Source: Vairimorpha necatrix
Lineage: Eukaryota
Length of the DNA stretch: 64,000 nt
Reading direction: 5' to 3'
NCBI GenBank assembly: GCA_036630325.1
Contig: CP142734.1
Span: forward strand, 62,001-126,000
Made by a program: the position numbers and the translations under genes. Positions 11,801 through 25,236 of the stretch are shown in pieces; position 1 is the stretch's first letter, and every line of letters starts with the position of its first letter. The notes below the pieces were generated by a model that ran no database searches, was not told the DNA's origin, and saw nothing but the letters and a program-made list of their open reading frames with translations.

Positions 11801-14579
11801 AATATCCGAACAATATGAATATAACAAAAGAGTAATGTACAAGATTGTTCCCATGAGAATGTATAGAAAATGTTACCAAGCCTTTAAAATTTTAATCTAT
11901 GGTAAACCAAAATTGATTTGAGAGATTTGAAGAATAATACTATATACTATGGAAGATATGATTAAAAGTCTAAGAAAGTTAAATGGTTTTGGGAGGTAGT
12001 GGAAAAATGTTCTCAAAATTAAAAAAATATTAAATCTTTTTGCATTGGTTCGTGTAGACCACCAAAATGAGGTTTTATATATTTTAAAAAGATGAAATAT
12101 ATTTATTTTATATCTCAGAAGATAATTCTGACCAACGATAAACAAATTTCAAGTACAAATACTTGACCCAATAGTTTTAAACTTACACAGTATTCAACTA
12201 AAGAGATTTAGAAATGAAAAGAATACTGCTCTAAAGTTTTCTAAAAATCTTTTGAATTTAGCTAATAAATTTTTTAGTTGTTATAAACGAATATGTTTTT
12301 ATGAACTTCAGAAGATTTCGTTATTTTTTAGTTATTAAGTATCACTTTTTAGTATTATAAAAAAATTATCATTATGAAAAATATGTTCACATAGTTAATC
12401 ATAAATGTATAAAACGAATCAAATGAATGTTTTTAGGTTTTTTTTCTAAGAAAATAAGTATAGAATATCTATAAAAAATGTAAATTATTTTGCCAAAACA
12501 AAACTTATTTAGCATTAGTTTTTTTTTATATTCAGAATAAAACGTCTTTTGTCGTCCATCATATTAAAAACATTATAATTTTCCGTATAAAAAAATGATT
12601 TATATCATATAACTTTTTGCAAATAATAAGCTGCTGTAATCTGAAATGTTTGCTCGGAAATTTTCAGCCAAATATATTTTAATTCACTGATATGAATAAA
12701 AAATCTGCGAAGAATTATTATAAACTTTCGTCAAACTTATCCGGTTTTAAATGCTTCTTTTTTGAGGGAGCTTTTTCATTATATTTGCATTTGATATCAA
12801 TTTCTATCACGAATTTCTCATTTTAAGAGCAATATTTTTTAAATAACCACAAAATATAAATAAATTTACGTTATTATAAAATCGCACTCATAATGACGTT
12901 ATATTAACATGCATATCCGAAAATTTTTTATTCTATAATTTTTTAGTTGTATGTAAATATTTCTTTTGTATTGTGTTTCTTATTCTTTTATATATTTAAG
13001 TTTACAACTTTTAATCTAAATTAACTAACGATTTATATGTGTTTTTTTCTATTATTTCTTAATATCATCTATGTTTACGTTTTGTCTTGTTATAATATGT
13101 CTATGTTTTTAACATATATACTATATAATTATCATTTCCAATTTAAATCATTTTTAAGCATGATTTCTTACTATGTATTTTAGACCACTAGCCCCATCTG
13201 AATGGTTTAATAACCTTGTGTAAAAAATTTTAAACCGTCCAAGAATCACAAATAATTTTATCATAAAGTGATGTAAATTACAAAATAGTCTTTGGATAAC
13301 AAACTTAGCAGAAAAGGTTTAATGATAATGTTTTTTAAGAAGGAGGTTATTTTTAGAAATTTATTAAAATCTATGCAAACAAAATAAAATGTAAAATCAT
13401 AGTCATAATTGAACATGTAATTAAAATATATCTGATCCACAACTAACAAAAATTTGACTTATGCAAATATAATGTATGAAAAAAAATTATCTAATTAGTA
13501 AAAGTCTATTTTAACATAAAAAATCAATATTTTTTTTTCATTCTATTAGAGGCAAAAAGTCTGCGTATCGTGTGCAAATATACGATATTTCATATGCGAT
13601 AAGCAAAATATGTAATTTACCAAAAAATATCAACTAAATATCAAAGATAAATATGGCAATTTTAGAAAATCCTAAATCTCATTAATGCAGATTAATCTTC
13701 AATTTTAACATATGTGTCTCGCTTGAAAAGCTAAAAACGTTATTATCTTTAAATAAATTAAATTCAGCCAAATTGCTGCAAATTTTATATCGTTCCATAT
13801 GATTCATTTTATAATGCTGATATGTGTTGTGCGATGCATAGAAAACATCGAAAAATAGCTAAAATAACATAGGGTTTAGAGTCAAGTATAATATTGAGAC
13901 GAGAAATGAGCTCTAAACAATATGATCGAACAACCAAGTTTTTAATGTAGAAAATAAAAAAGGATTTTATGTTTTTTTTCTAATGTTAAATTTCTAAATT
14001 ATTAGAAGCAATAGATATTTTATCAAAAGTAAGTCAAAATAATGTAATTTTAGGTATCCTTGTAACTGTATTTAGAATTTTAGCTAACTTTAGCTATGTT
14101 CAAATGTTCTTCGATGTTTAAAATCGCAATTTCAAAGGAATAAAAAAAAAATTAGATTTTTTGCCGTTTATTGATAAATATTGGCCATATGGACACGTAA
14201 GAAAAATTGATCTTACAGAATTACAAACGATATTGTTTAAGAACGACAATTGTATACTTTTATGTAAAAAAAAAAAGTAGTTAATGAAAACTTTGATATT
14301 TGATTAACCTTTTTATGTCAAGAGAAAATTTGTAAAAAAGTTCTAGTTTATTAATTTTTTGTAGTTTAAACGTCGTGTTATGTTTTGTTGTTGTAGATCA
14401 TATATTTTGTCACTTAATAACATTATTATCAGATAATAAAAAAATCTTAAAATTATGGTTTGATCTTAAAATTGAAGCTTTTGGCCAAATTTTAATTATG
14501 AATAACATGAATTGTTTTCTATAATATTTTAATGGTTATTTTCAAATTTAAAATATAATAAAAAAATTGTATTTGCCCT

Positions 14580-15323
14580 ATGTTATTTGTTATAATCCCA
14601 CAGATAAACTCTTTAAATAATTTGGAAAGTTTCATAAATTCCCGTGAAGTCAATTCGAATGATACTAATACGTTATACTTTTATGATGAAAGACAAAATA
14701 AAATGAAATGTTTGAAGAACATCATAAAAAATGCGGACATAATTCGATCTGATTCTATTGATCTCCATAAATTGTCTAAAATATCAAACATAGTATTTCA
14801 AATATTGATGTATGATTCTTCCGTTAATGAAATACTGCATTCGGTATTTAAAGTTCAAAAAAATCTAGATAACGAAGAAATGAAAAATTTAGAAAGAAAA
14901 TTCGAACTTAATGTTATTTTATTTTTAATAAGTAGGAATCATAAGATAAAATCTAGAGAAGTGAATAAATTTATTCAGGCGTTGGCGTTTGGGAGTTACA
15001 AATTAATATATTATTTAAGTTTAACATATAAAATTAAAAATAAGGCTGATAAAGTTATACTTAAATATAGTTTAAGAAATAATATTGAATTAAAGATAGA
15101 TTTAGAATGTAACGAAAAAATTACACAAGTATTTAATGGTAATGTAGTTAATGAAACCATAAAGAATAAAATATTGTTTTATAAAAGTGAATTAGACGAA
15201 AAAAACTATTTGACAACTACAGAGAATTATATTTCTGATCATGCAACTATATTGTTTGAGCCTAATGAAGATAATTCGAATAACAAAATTGTAGATGCTT
15301 GTATAAACTCAATATGCGAATAA
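14580..15323 (+). CDS. Hypothetical protein, short hydrophobic N-terminus
   Basis: 247-aa ORF, GCCCT immediately before the ATG. Confidence 0.7.
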   Translation: MLFVIIPQINSLNNLESFINSREVNSNDTNTLYFYDERQNKMKCLKNIIKNADIIRSDSIDLHKLSKISNIVFQILMYDSSVNEILHSVFKVQKNLDNEEMKNLERKFELNVILFLISRNHKIKSREVNKFIQALAFGSYKLIYYLSLTYKIKNKADKVILKYSLRNNIELKIDLECNEKITQVFNGNVVNETIKNKILFYKSELDEKNYLTTTENYISDHATILFEPNEDNSNNKIVDACINSICE

Positions 15324-16264
15324 TTTTCTATTAAAAATGCTTGTATATAATTTTAAATTGATATATAAACTAACAAAAACATATATACAAATATTTTTAA
15401 GTTGTAATCATACAAACAAAAATTTTAATCGTTAATTAATAATAATTTTTTTTGTTTCTCAAAAAAATTTTGTCCATTGACAATATCGATAATTCATATA
15501 AGAAGAACTCCACCATAAACAATTTCCTCATGTTTTTATGGTATTATTTTAAAAATGAAGAATCTAATACGTGTAATTTTTATCAAACTCTGGTCTTCAT
15601 TTATGTATTGATCAAATGTTGTTTTCCCTTATTTCTAAAATTTTGTATTTAAAAAAAGAAAGTGAAAAAATGTTCGCCTAGACAATTTTAATTCAACAAA
15701 AATTCGCATATAAATTTGTAAGAGCATTTTTTGAAAGAAAAAAGTGTATTTTTAATATTAGAATTCTTTTTACAAAACAGACGTATCCTATATGCTTTCC
15801 TTATAAATTTATTAGGATAAACATATTTATTTGATAAAAAATACAATGAAAATAATTACATCGAAATAAATTGTATTAAATTTTTTATCTTTTTAAAAAG
15901 TAATCATTCTTTTCCTTAAGGCTCATATGGTCTATCGTGCAAGAAAACACTTTAGACGATCTTATTTAATTAAATACGAAATAAATAAATGTAAATAGAA
16001 AAAACTATTTGAAATTTGTGGTATATGTTTAAAAAAGCTGTATAGAGGTAATAATATATTTAATGTTATGATAAATGAATTCGGGGTTTAACATAATGTC
16101 CAACCATTCTGATACTTGTGTTATCCGTAAAAATAATGAATACATACAGGTAAAAGGCTATATTATCGAAAGACAATATAAAATAATCATTAAGAATTTT
16201 AAATATATTGCGGCATTTTTTTTATATTTTTCACAATAAGCTTTTCTATTACCTTAATTAAATA

Positions 16265-16492
16265 TGTCACGGGACACCTCTCCAGTGGTCCTGCATCTAC
16301 CCCGAGAGCCCAGAGAATACTTGTATATAGATATTCTCTTCTTTATTAAACATTTTTTTCGAGGGAAAATGTTTCACATTTTCCCTCCCATAAACATAAA
16401 AGAAAATCATCCCTAGAAGGGCATGAAGAAATCTAATAAACAATTTAATAGTAAAGATCCTTCGAGGACTGTTAGACATACAACAGTCCACA
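16265..16492 (+). repeat. ~230-bp dispersed repeat, solo-LTR-like (TGTC...CCACA)
   Basis: Aligns with 20472-20701 (reverse complement) and ~20925-21138; shares TCTCCAGTGGTCCT, GAGAAT, GGAAAATGT and ACATAAAA blocks. Confidence 0.7.
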
Positions 16493-18989
16493 ATAACATA
16501 AAGTTTTTAGATGATAATAGTCAACTCTTTGTAAAATTATTTTCTGTGGGATAGATTTTAAAATTGTTATGATTCCTTGACTTTTAATTTTTCTGTAATT
16601 TTCACTTTTTTTGCCAAAATTTCATTTTCCTTTCTAAATGTATTGTTTCGAGTTTTAATTCTGTAATAACTTGATATTTATAGACTTAATTTTTGATATA
16701 ATGTATTGTTGCAAATTTCTATAAGATCCTATATTGTAAATTATGCGGTTATATTTAAAATTAATTACATTTACTGATCATGATTATCATTGTGTAATTT
16801 TTATTAAAACAAAAATTTTCAATAAATTGTTTTTTTACTGTTTAGCTTTTTTTACTCCTTTTTGTTGTTTTTTATCCAAAACAATCACAAGTGTAATTTA
16901 ATGATTAAAAAGTATTTCAATATTTTTATATTTTTAATTTTGATATGTTTCCTGCTTCGAAGAGTGTTTAAATTGATTTGGTTTTATGAAAACCAGTTCT
17001 TAAAGTATCAAGAATTTTGCTGCAAATTTTATCTTGTTATTTTTAAATTTATCTGTATTCCTAATTATATAAATATAAGTCTTTAAATTTATTTCTTTTC
17101 CTAATAACAATATATTTGCAAATATTACAGAAATAAATGAATCTAATGTTAGCTAATTCTTCAAAAAAATATGCTATTTTAATACAGTTTTATTTAATCC
17201 TTTTAGTATTTTTTGGTTATGGTCGAAGAATTTTTAAATTTTTATACAATAATTGCCGATAAAATTTATTTAAAATTTTTTTTTTGACTTATAATATGTG
17301 TATCATAGTATTTTATCTAAAACATTCTGTTTTTTTTTCTACTATGATTTCGAAAAGTTTATTGTACTCTGTAATATTAATATTGTTAAGTAGATTTATA
17401 TGATAAAATGTCTTCCGTATTTATTTATAACAAATTTATAAAAGATACATCGTATATATGAATATATATGTTAAATATTTGTTGTTATTACATTCTCAAT
17501 ATCAATTTTACATCATTTAAGTAATAGATACCAATAAAGAATGTAGAAAACGTATTTTGTACATATTGATATGAGACTTGAAAATTTTAACGTCTGAATT
17601 ATTTTATAATACTTTATATATGGCTGCAACATTAAATTATTAGATTTATATATTTTTTTCACTTTTCAAATATTATCGAGTAGCAAATTTTATACTGTGG
17701 ATTTTTTCGAACAAAATTTCAATAAATCATTTAGAGTTTTCTTTTTAGCTTAGTTTCAGTGTCGATCTTCAAACTTTTAAAAAATTGTGTGTTTTAAATA
17801 TAATTTGTTTTGTATAAAGTATAATAAAATATTTATTTCGTCATAAATATTTTTTCTACGTTAATGCACCATTTACTTCATAATATAGTCATAAATTTCT
17901 CTACAAATAAACATCAGAACATCCTAATTTAAAATTATAAATTTGATTGCTTTCAGATTCGTCGTTCAAATAATCCTTTTATCATCAAGATATGTATAGA
18001 CATTTATGCTAATACATTGCTAGTGAATTTTCAACTCATAATCCCTTTCTTTTATTAAGTTATTAGTAGCGTCTTTTATTTCATTGCATAAAATATGCTC
18101 GCATTCGTAAAAAAAGGCAATCTTTACTTGCAGCAATATTATTAAAAGAAAAATCCCTTTCTTTTTTTATGAAAATAAATTACAGAGCATTTTTTTTTAT
18201 ATCTATATTTTTGCATATAATCTTTTTTTAATCATATCAAAATAATTCTTTTCTTTCCATTTACGATTTATGGAAATTAAAAAAATTTATTTATATCTCT
18301 GTTACATTATAAAAATAATTTTATACTATTTTTTACCCCTCTAACATGATTTAAAGCTCTAAACTATTCATCACTAACTCATTTTCTTAAAAAAATATCC
18401 AATGTAATTTAATGTTTTGTTTTTGTAATTTTAAGTGTATATACTATATGTTTATGTGTTTGCGTTGTAAATATTATTTTTGATAGACTTAGTACTAAAA
18501 AATCCCCGGAATTGCTTTTTAAAATTTAAAAACGCCTTAATAAAAAATTGAAAACTCAATAGACCTTTCTAAAATATACTTAGGCGTTACAAATTAAAAT
18601 TATAGATATTTGTAATAATCTTATTGGAATTTTTAACTGTTTTGATTCATTTTACTCTATGTGAAATCTTAAAAAATGTTTTCTTCTAAAATCATAATTT
18701 CTCCATTAAAAATTATTTCATCTACATTTAAACTAAAATACATTAAAAGAGATAGATATTAAATCATGAAATGAATCCCGCTTATAAACGGAAAAGCATA
18801 AGATAGAAAAAAAATAATTTTATTTGTATTTTTTCACTTTGTGTAAATTTTTTACGGCTAATAACATTTCAAAAAAAAAATTTGCTATTAATTTAGAAAA
18901 CAATAATCGCAAATAAACTTATAAAATTAATTTTTTTTTATTCTACTTTTTTATAAAAAACGATGAAATAAATTTTACTTCTAACCCCA

Positions 18990-20303
18990 ATGAATTTCTT
19001 GGCTTCATATAACCGCACTGTTTTTATAAGTTTGTCGTGTTTTCTCTGTGTTTTAAAACAATCCAGCACAAATATGACCATCGACGAAAATCTTGCAAGA
19101 AAACAACACAAAGAAAAAATTGAAAATGAAATTGCGAAATTTTATAAAACATTGGAAGAACATTACAACGACGAAGAAATAAAACTAAAGAGAACCGAGA
19201 ACTATGATATTTTTTGTAATCGTGAAGATGGCATATTATCAATAGTCCCGGCGATGTGGCTTATTGATACATGTGATGCCGAATTTTATTACCATCAAGT
19301 AAAATTTTTAAAAGAGAGGGGAAAAGATTATGGAGGTCTTTTAAGAGAATATTTTACAAAGGCCAATATTGAGTATTTTACAGCAGATAACAATTTACTT
19401 TATTCACCAGGTGGAGATAATTCAAGATTTATACCCACTAAAATGCCAAAGAATATAAGTATAAGGGAAAAAAATGAAAGAAGATTGAAATTTCAAGCGT
19501 TGGGGACGATTTTGGGATTACTTATACAGCATAGAGCTACATCTAATTTTTTTTTTGCTCCACTCATTTTCAAAATACTTTTAGAAGAAGAAATTACAAT
19601 GATAGATCTCAAGAAAGTTGACCCTAAATATTTTAATGATTTGTTGCGATCACAGTCAGACGAAGATACACGAAACAGCTGTGATATGAGATTTGAGACT
19701 GATGAACGAGAAGACTTAATACCAAATGGACAAAATATCAAAGTTGACGAGACAAATATTGAAGACTATGTTTTTAGATATTTAAGATATAAGTATGTGA
19801 CTAGTATAGAAAATGAATGTAATTGGATAAAAAAGAAGTTATATAAAGTTATTCCTAGGAAAATATTAAAAACATTATCAGCCAGCGCGCTTGAAGAAAT
19901 GATTGTGGGAGAAATTAAGATCGACATTGAAGATTGGAAAGCAAATACTGAATATAGAGGTGAATATAATGAAAAATCCGAACAAATCATTTGGTTTTGG
20001 AAATTCATGGGAGAACTTAATGAAAAACAAAAAAGTGAAATTCTTTATGCTGTGACTGGATCTTATAGACCACCAATAGGAGGATTTGCAAAACTCACCA
20101 ATAAAAACAAAATTATTCGTTTTTCTATAAGATCACCAGAAAATTTCGACTTAGAGGCTGGATTGAACTCAACAAAACTGCCATGGGCAAGTACATGTTT
20201 TAATGTTTTGATTCTTCCAAAGTATCCTACAGAAGAAATACTAAAAAAAATGATGACAATAATAGTCGAACACGGAGGGTCCTTCGACTATGTAGTTGAT
20301 TAA
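18990..20303 (+). CDS. HECT-domain E3 ubiquitin ligase with signal-peptide-like N-terminus
   Basis: GKDYGGLLREYF, DIEDWKANTEY, IIWFW, VTGS and catalytic LPWASTCFNVLILPKY; CCCC before the ATG. Confidence 0.93.
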   Translation: MNFLASYNRTVFISLSCFLCVLKQSSTNMTIDENLARKQHKEKIENEIAKFYKTLEEHYNDEEIKLKRTENYDIFCNREDGILSIVPAMWLIDTCDAEFYYHQVKFLKERGKDYGGLLREYFTKANIEYFTADNNLLYSPGGDNSRFIPTKMPKNISIREKNERRLKFQALGTILGLLIQHRATSNFFFAPLIFKILLEEEITMIDLKKVDPKYFNDLLRSQSDEDTRNSCDMRFETDEREDLIPNGQNIKVDETNIEDYVFRYLRYKYVTSIENECNWIKKKLYKVIPRKILKTLSASALEEMIVGEIKIDIEDWKANTEYRGEYNEKSEQIIWFWKFMGELNEKQKSEILYAVTGSYRPPIGGFAKLTNKNKIIRFSIRSPENFDLEAGLNSTKLPWASTCFNVLILPKYPTEEILKKMMTIIVEHGGSFDYVVD

Positions 20304-20471
20304 TAAATCTTTATTACAAAAATTGCGGAAAAAAAATTTGTATTTTTTCTTTTTATACTCAATTATAACTTTAATATGCTGTTTGTATGATAAAAAAATG
20401 TTAAATTTACCCTTTTCAAAAAAAAATTCATCCTAGCAATAGTATAAAATTCCAATAATTATAGTGTAAAA

Positions 20472-20701
20472 TGTGGATTGTTGTTTTTCATCAGTCTGAG
20501 AATGTGGATTAAACTTAGAATATTAATTGTTAATTTTCATCATAATGCCCTATGAATATGCTTTTTTTTTATGTTTATAGACGGGAAATTATTGTACATT
20601 TTCCCTCCAAAAACATATTTGGGAAAAGTAGGAGAATGCTTAAAGAGCATTCTCGGGTCTACGGTGTACCCTTAGGACCACTGGAGATCTGTCACTCGAC
20701 A
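20472..20701 (-). repeat. Solo-LTR-like repeat, copy 2
   Basis: TG...CA termini; flanks TAAAA/TAAAG; homologous to 16265-16492. Confidence 0.7.
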
Positions 20702-20924
20702 TAAAGATTTTTTATTTTTTAGAAATAGGAATAGCTGATTTTCTAAATAAAAACAGCTATCTTTCCATTTGTTTTTCTAAATATTTATCTGGGTTTTTTA
20801 CATCATTTATGTCGTTTAAAAACTAAAAATACAAAAAGAACAAAAGTTTTTTCAAAAAAAAAGAAAAGTAAAGAATAAACACGAAAAGTAAATTTAGTAC
20901 GTGGAATACTTTGACAAAAATATA

Positions 20925-21138
20925 ACATGACGGATGTCTTGCGGTTCTAAGACTAGCCAAAATACCAGAGAATACTATTCTATAAGTATTTTTTCCCTTT
21001 TAAAATGCGTTATAAAGGAAAATGTATAATAATTTTTCCTATTTACATAAAAGAAACGAATGCCCAGAAAAGCATAAAGGATATAAAAACTTATCAAAAA
21101 CATTCTTTCCGATATGTTAGGTATCTAACAGAACACGT
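20925..21138 (+). repeat. Solo-LTR-like repeat, copy 3 (more diverged)
   Basis: CCAGAGAATAC, GGAAAATGT and ACATAAAAGAAA blocks shared in order with 16265-16492. Confidence 0.5.
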
Positions 21139-22528
21139 ATTTGATGACCTCTTATCATTAAAAAAGTAGATTTAAATCTTTTCGTAAAGTTGAAAACAAT
21201 TAATATAATTTGAAGTAAAGTAGAGGGGTTCTAAAAAACGGGTCAAAATATAAGACAAATATCAAATTACAATATTTTTTCGGAAATAGGAGTCTGATAT
21301 AATTAGCGAAACTCGATTCTGTAAACCCATGATTATATATTTTTGTATTACAGCGCTTTTTTTAATTAATCATAATTAAGTAATAATTTTGCTATTTTGT
21401 TGCCCGACTCTTGCCCAACAGCCTTCATCTTTATCTTAAGATTCTTTTTTTAGAAGAATAGACTGCATCTGTAAAATGTTCAAAAATCTAGAAATAACAT
21501 CAAGTGAATCATAGTGATCTTCTATTGAAATATAACTGTAACTAAAATAGATCAACTTGATTATAACATTCCTTTTATTTACACCCTCTTTGGGTTAAAA
21601 ACTTCAACTTACCTTTTTTTATTATGTTTACGATGCAAACAAGTCAAAATGCTGAGTTTGACATCTAATACAACATACGGTAGTTTTTTTTAAATGCAAT
21701 TGTTAATATCCTCTATTTTTACGCTGTTTTAATTCACATTTTTAAGTAAAAGATGACCAAAATTAATAAGTTTTTTTTAACTTTTAATTTCAATACACTC
21801 ATTATTATCTCAAGCACATGATAATAAATAGTATAAATATTTAACAAACATACAAATTTTTCAATTTTTTCTAGGGAGCTACTAAAATATAGATGTAAGT
21901 GAAAAAAAAAATTCTTAACTTTTAGACAATATAAAAAGGCCTTTGGCAACAAGCAACCCTGTTTTCTAACATCGTGTAAATACATTTTTATCTAAAACAC
22001 TGGTTTTCTTATGTTCTCCCTATATCCCTTTTAAATATTTTAGACAATTTATTGGAACACAAGACCGGTCATATGATTTATTATGCAATTATTGTACAAG
22101 TTAAAATATTACAGCTTATTTATACAGATTCCTTACCACTACATTATTTTATGAAATTAATTGTGTTAAATATAAGATAAATAAATTATATAACTAAAGC
22201 TTTTTATGTTTATTACCAAAATAATTACTTCTAAGTCATATATTACGCCTAAAGAAAATTTAATAGGAATTTTATGTTGACAATATTTTTGAGCACGTAA
22301 AAATTTCATATATCATTTTTCTACATTTATTGAAATAAATGACTAAAAAAGTTATATAATGTAAATTAATCTATATACTTGTACTTTGTTTATAATATCT
22401 TAACTACATCTTTTTACATTGTTCTAGGCAATATTTTGTATTTAAAAAATATTTAATTATTTTATACCCTTAAATAAAAACATCACAATAGAAATTTTTT
22501 TCATAAAACCCAATACAAAAAATTCTTT

Positions 22529-23029
22529 TTAATTACTTAGTTTTAATTTCCCTATACCGGGTAAAATCTCACTAACACTAGTAGCGAGATATTCTCCATC
22601 GAGGCTATCTGGCTTAGCCAAAAATATTAAACAATCTTTTTTATAATCAGTAAATTCTGCCAATGTCTGCCTACACACTCCACATGGATAAACATAGGCA
22701 TCTGGTAGATATGCAACCACAGCACATTCTACAATTTCTCTGTGCCCAGCACTGACAGCTTTGGCGATAGCAGATCGTTCTGCACATATTGACGGAGAAA
22801 AACAAGAATTTTCTATATTACAACCAGTAAATATTTCACCTGTGCTTGTTTTTATAGCCGCGCCGACTGCAAATTTACTGTAAGGGCAGTATGCATTTTT
22901 ACGTACTTCATTAGCAGCATAAATAAGAGCAAGAATGTCTTGTTCATTGTTTTTGATATCAAGAATGTCTTCTTCATTGTTTTTAATATCTAATTTTTCA
23001 AATTTATCGATATTAACAGACAACTTCAT
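22529..23029 (-). CDS. CDA: Cytidine deaminase (homotetrameric type)
   Basis: AYCPYSKFAVGAA, GCNIEN, CAERSA and PCGVCRQ zinc motifs; GCCCTA before the ATG. Confidence 0.95.
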   Translation of the reverse strand: MKLSVNIDKFEKLDIKNNEEDILDIKNNEQDILALIYAANEVRKNAYCPYSKFAVGAAIKTSTGEIFTGCNIENSCFSPSICAERSAIAKAVSAGHREIVECAVVAYLPDAYVYPCGVCRQTLAEFTDYKKDCLIFLAKPDSLDGEYLATSVSEILPGIGKLKLSN

Positions 23030-23396
23030 TAGGGCTTAAAATTTTTTAAATTACAATATAAAAATTTGGCGGGATAATACAATAAATATATATAAAATTT
23101 CAAGAAACAAAAAGAGTAAAAAATGAACCATACAAATATATGATGTATAAAAAATAATCTTTTTGATAATATTTTATCAAAAGTAATTTATTTGGTAGAT
23201 AAAATGGACTTTAACTCATTTCTGTTAAGTGTCAAAAATCTCTTCTTTTTATTTCCACCTCTTGTTAAAAAATATCATATAAAATAAAAAAATTGATTAA
23301 TTAATATTTTAGAATTCAATAAAAGAATAATTAAAAAGTGTATTAATACGTAAAAATTCTAAGTATACTTATAAAATAAATAAACTAACCATTTAT

Positions 23397-24137
23397 TTAC
23401 TGAGCTGTAATCATTTTTATCCATTCGTTGGCAGCAACATCAATTAGTGTATATTCTTTCTTGTCTCCAAATTGTTTCTTAGTCAATAATTCTTTCAAAT
23501 CTTTCTGAATGAGCTCGTCAGCGTGTTTATCAGAGTGCAAAATTTCCATTCCTTCATTGAATTCGCTTTTAAGCTTTTGAAGTTCAGACTCGTTTACAAC
23601 CAACTTTCCTTCTTTTTCAGTGAACTTAGAGAAAAGAGCTCCTTCCTTAAAGTAAGACTTGGACTTGTCTTTTGATTCAAAGAAGTTCTTAATAAAATCT
23701 TCATTCTTTTTCATTGCTTGTTCGCCTTTATCAGAAATTTCCTCATTCTTTTCAGACTTGGCAGGTTTTTCCTTTGCTTCTTTAGCTTCAGTAGTTTCTT
23801 TGGTTGTTTCAACTGTTGCAGGAGCAGCTTCTTTAGTAGCAGTAGTTTCCTCTTTTGCGCCAAAAAGCTTAATAAATCCATTTTTGTCTAATTTGCTGAC
23901 ATACCAAAAAGATTTCACCAAATTGCCAAATGTTTCTTCTTTAAGAGCAGTGTCTGTTTCATTCAACTTTTTATATTCTGCATACAGCTCACTAACATTG
24001 GTTTTCCCGAATTCTTTTGTACTGAGAGATGGTTTACCATTAAAATTAAAAAAGCCAAAGTGAAAAGCACCATAAACACCAGCACCAATAGCAGCTAATC
24101 CAAGTAATCCAAAAACTAACTTCTTATTTCCGGCCAT
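23397..24137 (-). CDS. Hypothetical K/E-rich protein with N-terminal membrane anchor or signal
   Basis: 246 aa; LVFGLLGLAAIGAGVYGAF hydrophobic segment; CCCCCC before the ATG. Confidence 0.85.
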   Translation of the reverse strand: MAGNKKLVFGLLGLAAIGAGVYGAFHFGFFNFNGKPSLSTKEFGKTNVSELYAEYKKLNETDTALKEETFGNLVKSFWYVSKLDKNGFIKLFGAKEETTATKEAAPATVETTKETTEAKEAKEKPAKSEKNEEISDKGEQAMKKNEDFIKNFFESKDKSKSYFKEGALFSKFTEKEGKLVVNESELQKLKSEFNEGMEILHSDKHADELIQKDLKELLTKKQFGDKKEYTLIDVAANEWIKMITAQ

Positions 24138-25236
24138 TTTGGGGGGTAAGAAAAAATTTATTTAAATAGTTAACGGTCAAAAAAAGGAGAAGAAAAAATA
24201 AACAGAAAAACAATCAAAAATTGAAAAAGAAGAAAATTTTACTTTTCAATATAAATAAAATAGAATTGACTATAATTTTTCATTTACCAAAAATGTATAT
24301 TTAAAAGTAGTTTTTTAGAGTAAATTGATCTGTAAACAAATCAACTTTGTTTGTCAGTTATGTATCTTAACTGACATTGTACTAAAATAAATAAATAAAC
24401 TATTTGACTAATAAGATGAGATATAGTCAAAAAGTATGATTTTAGTTCATTGATTTACTTTATAATAAATCTTATCATTGTTTATTTTCTGATCATCCCT
24501 TTCGTCAACGAATAAAACATTGATCATAAAAATCAGACCCCATATTTAAAGAACACTTCCATTGTAAAATTCAAAATCTAACAGATTTTATAAATAAACA
24601 CTTTAAATTGACAGAAAAATGATCATAGATTTTTTGTAGATTTTGATATATGTTTTTATAAAAAATCTGACATTGTGTTCAAACCATGGAACGTATCTTT
24701 TAACAGACCGTTTTGGACTGCAAAATATTTATACTATAGTTAATATTGATTTTGAGTTTTCTACTCTAAAATTTTTTACATTTTGGCTTTATTTTTTTTT
24801 ATGACAGACATTGTTTTTTACGATGACACGTCTTAAAATAATTTACCGCATTAAAAAGAATTTGATTATTAACTTAGATATCCATATTCTAGATAATATA
24901 GGAGTTTAATTTAAAAACCTCCTTTAATATTGACAGTTTTTAAGTCTAATTACAATTAATACTATATACATTTATATTGACTAACTAATTCTTAAAATTG
25001 CAGAAACATCCAAAATAAATAAACTATTTTATTTGTATTGTTGATTTTGAAACATGTCAAAATAAGTTTTTTTATTCATTTGGAACTAAATAATTTTATA
25101 TATACATTGATAAAAGGTTAATAAGTTTTTATAAATTCTTTACACTACAACATTAATTAATATATTCCATTGCCCCAAACTTGTTAATAAAAAAACGTTT
25201 CATATTCTTATAAAATTTCAAAATAATAAATAACAA

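Noticed and set aside
5750-14500. Many 60-100 aa F/I/L/K-rich ORFs; possible decayed gene at ~10860-12200
   Set aside because: Expected by chance in AT-rich DNA; no recognisable motifs, so not called
23659-24063. Antisense/overlapping ORFs (also 35351, 38145, 38559, 42455, 56307 etc.)
   Set aside because: Shadows of real genes on the opposite strand, with no independent motifs
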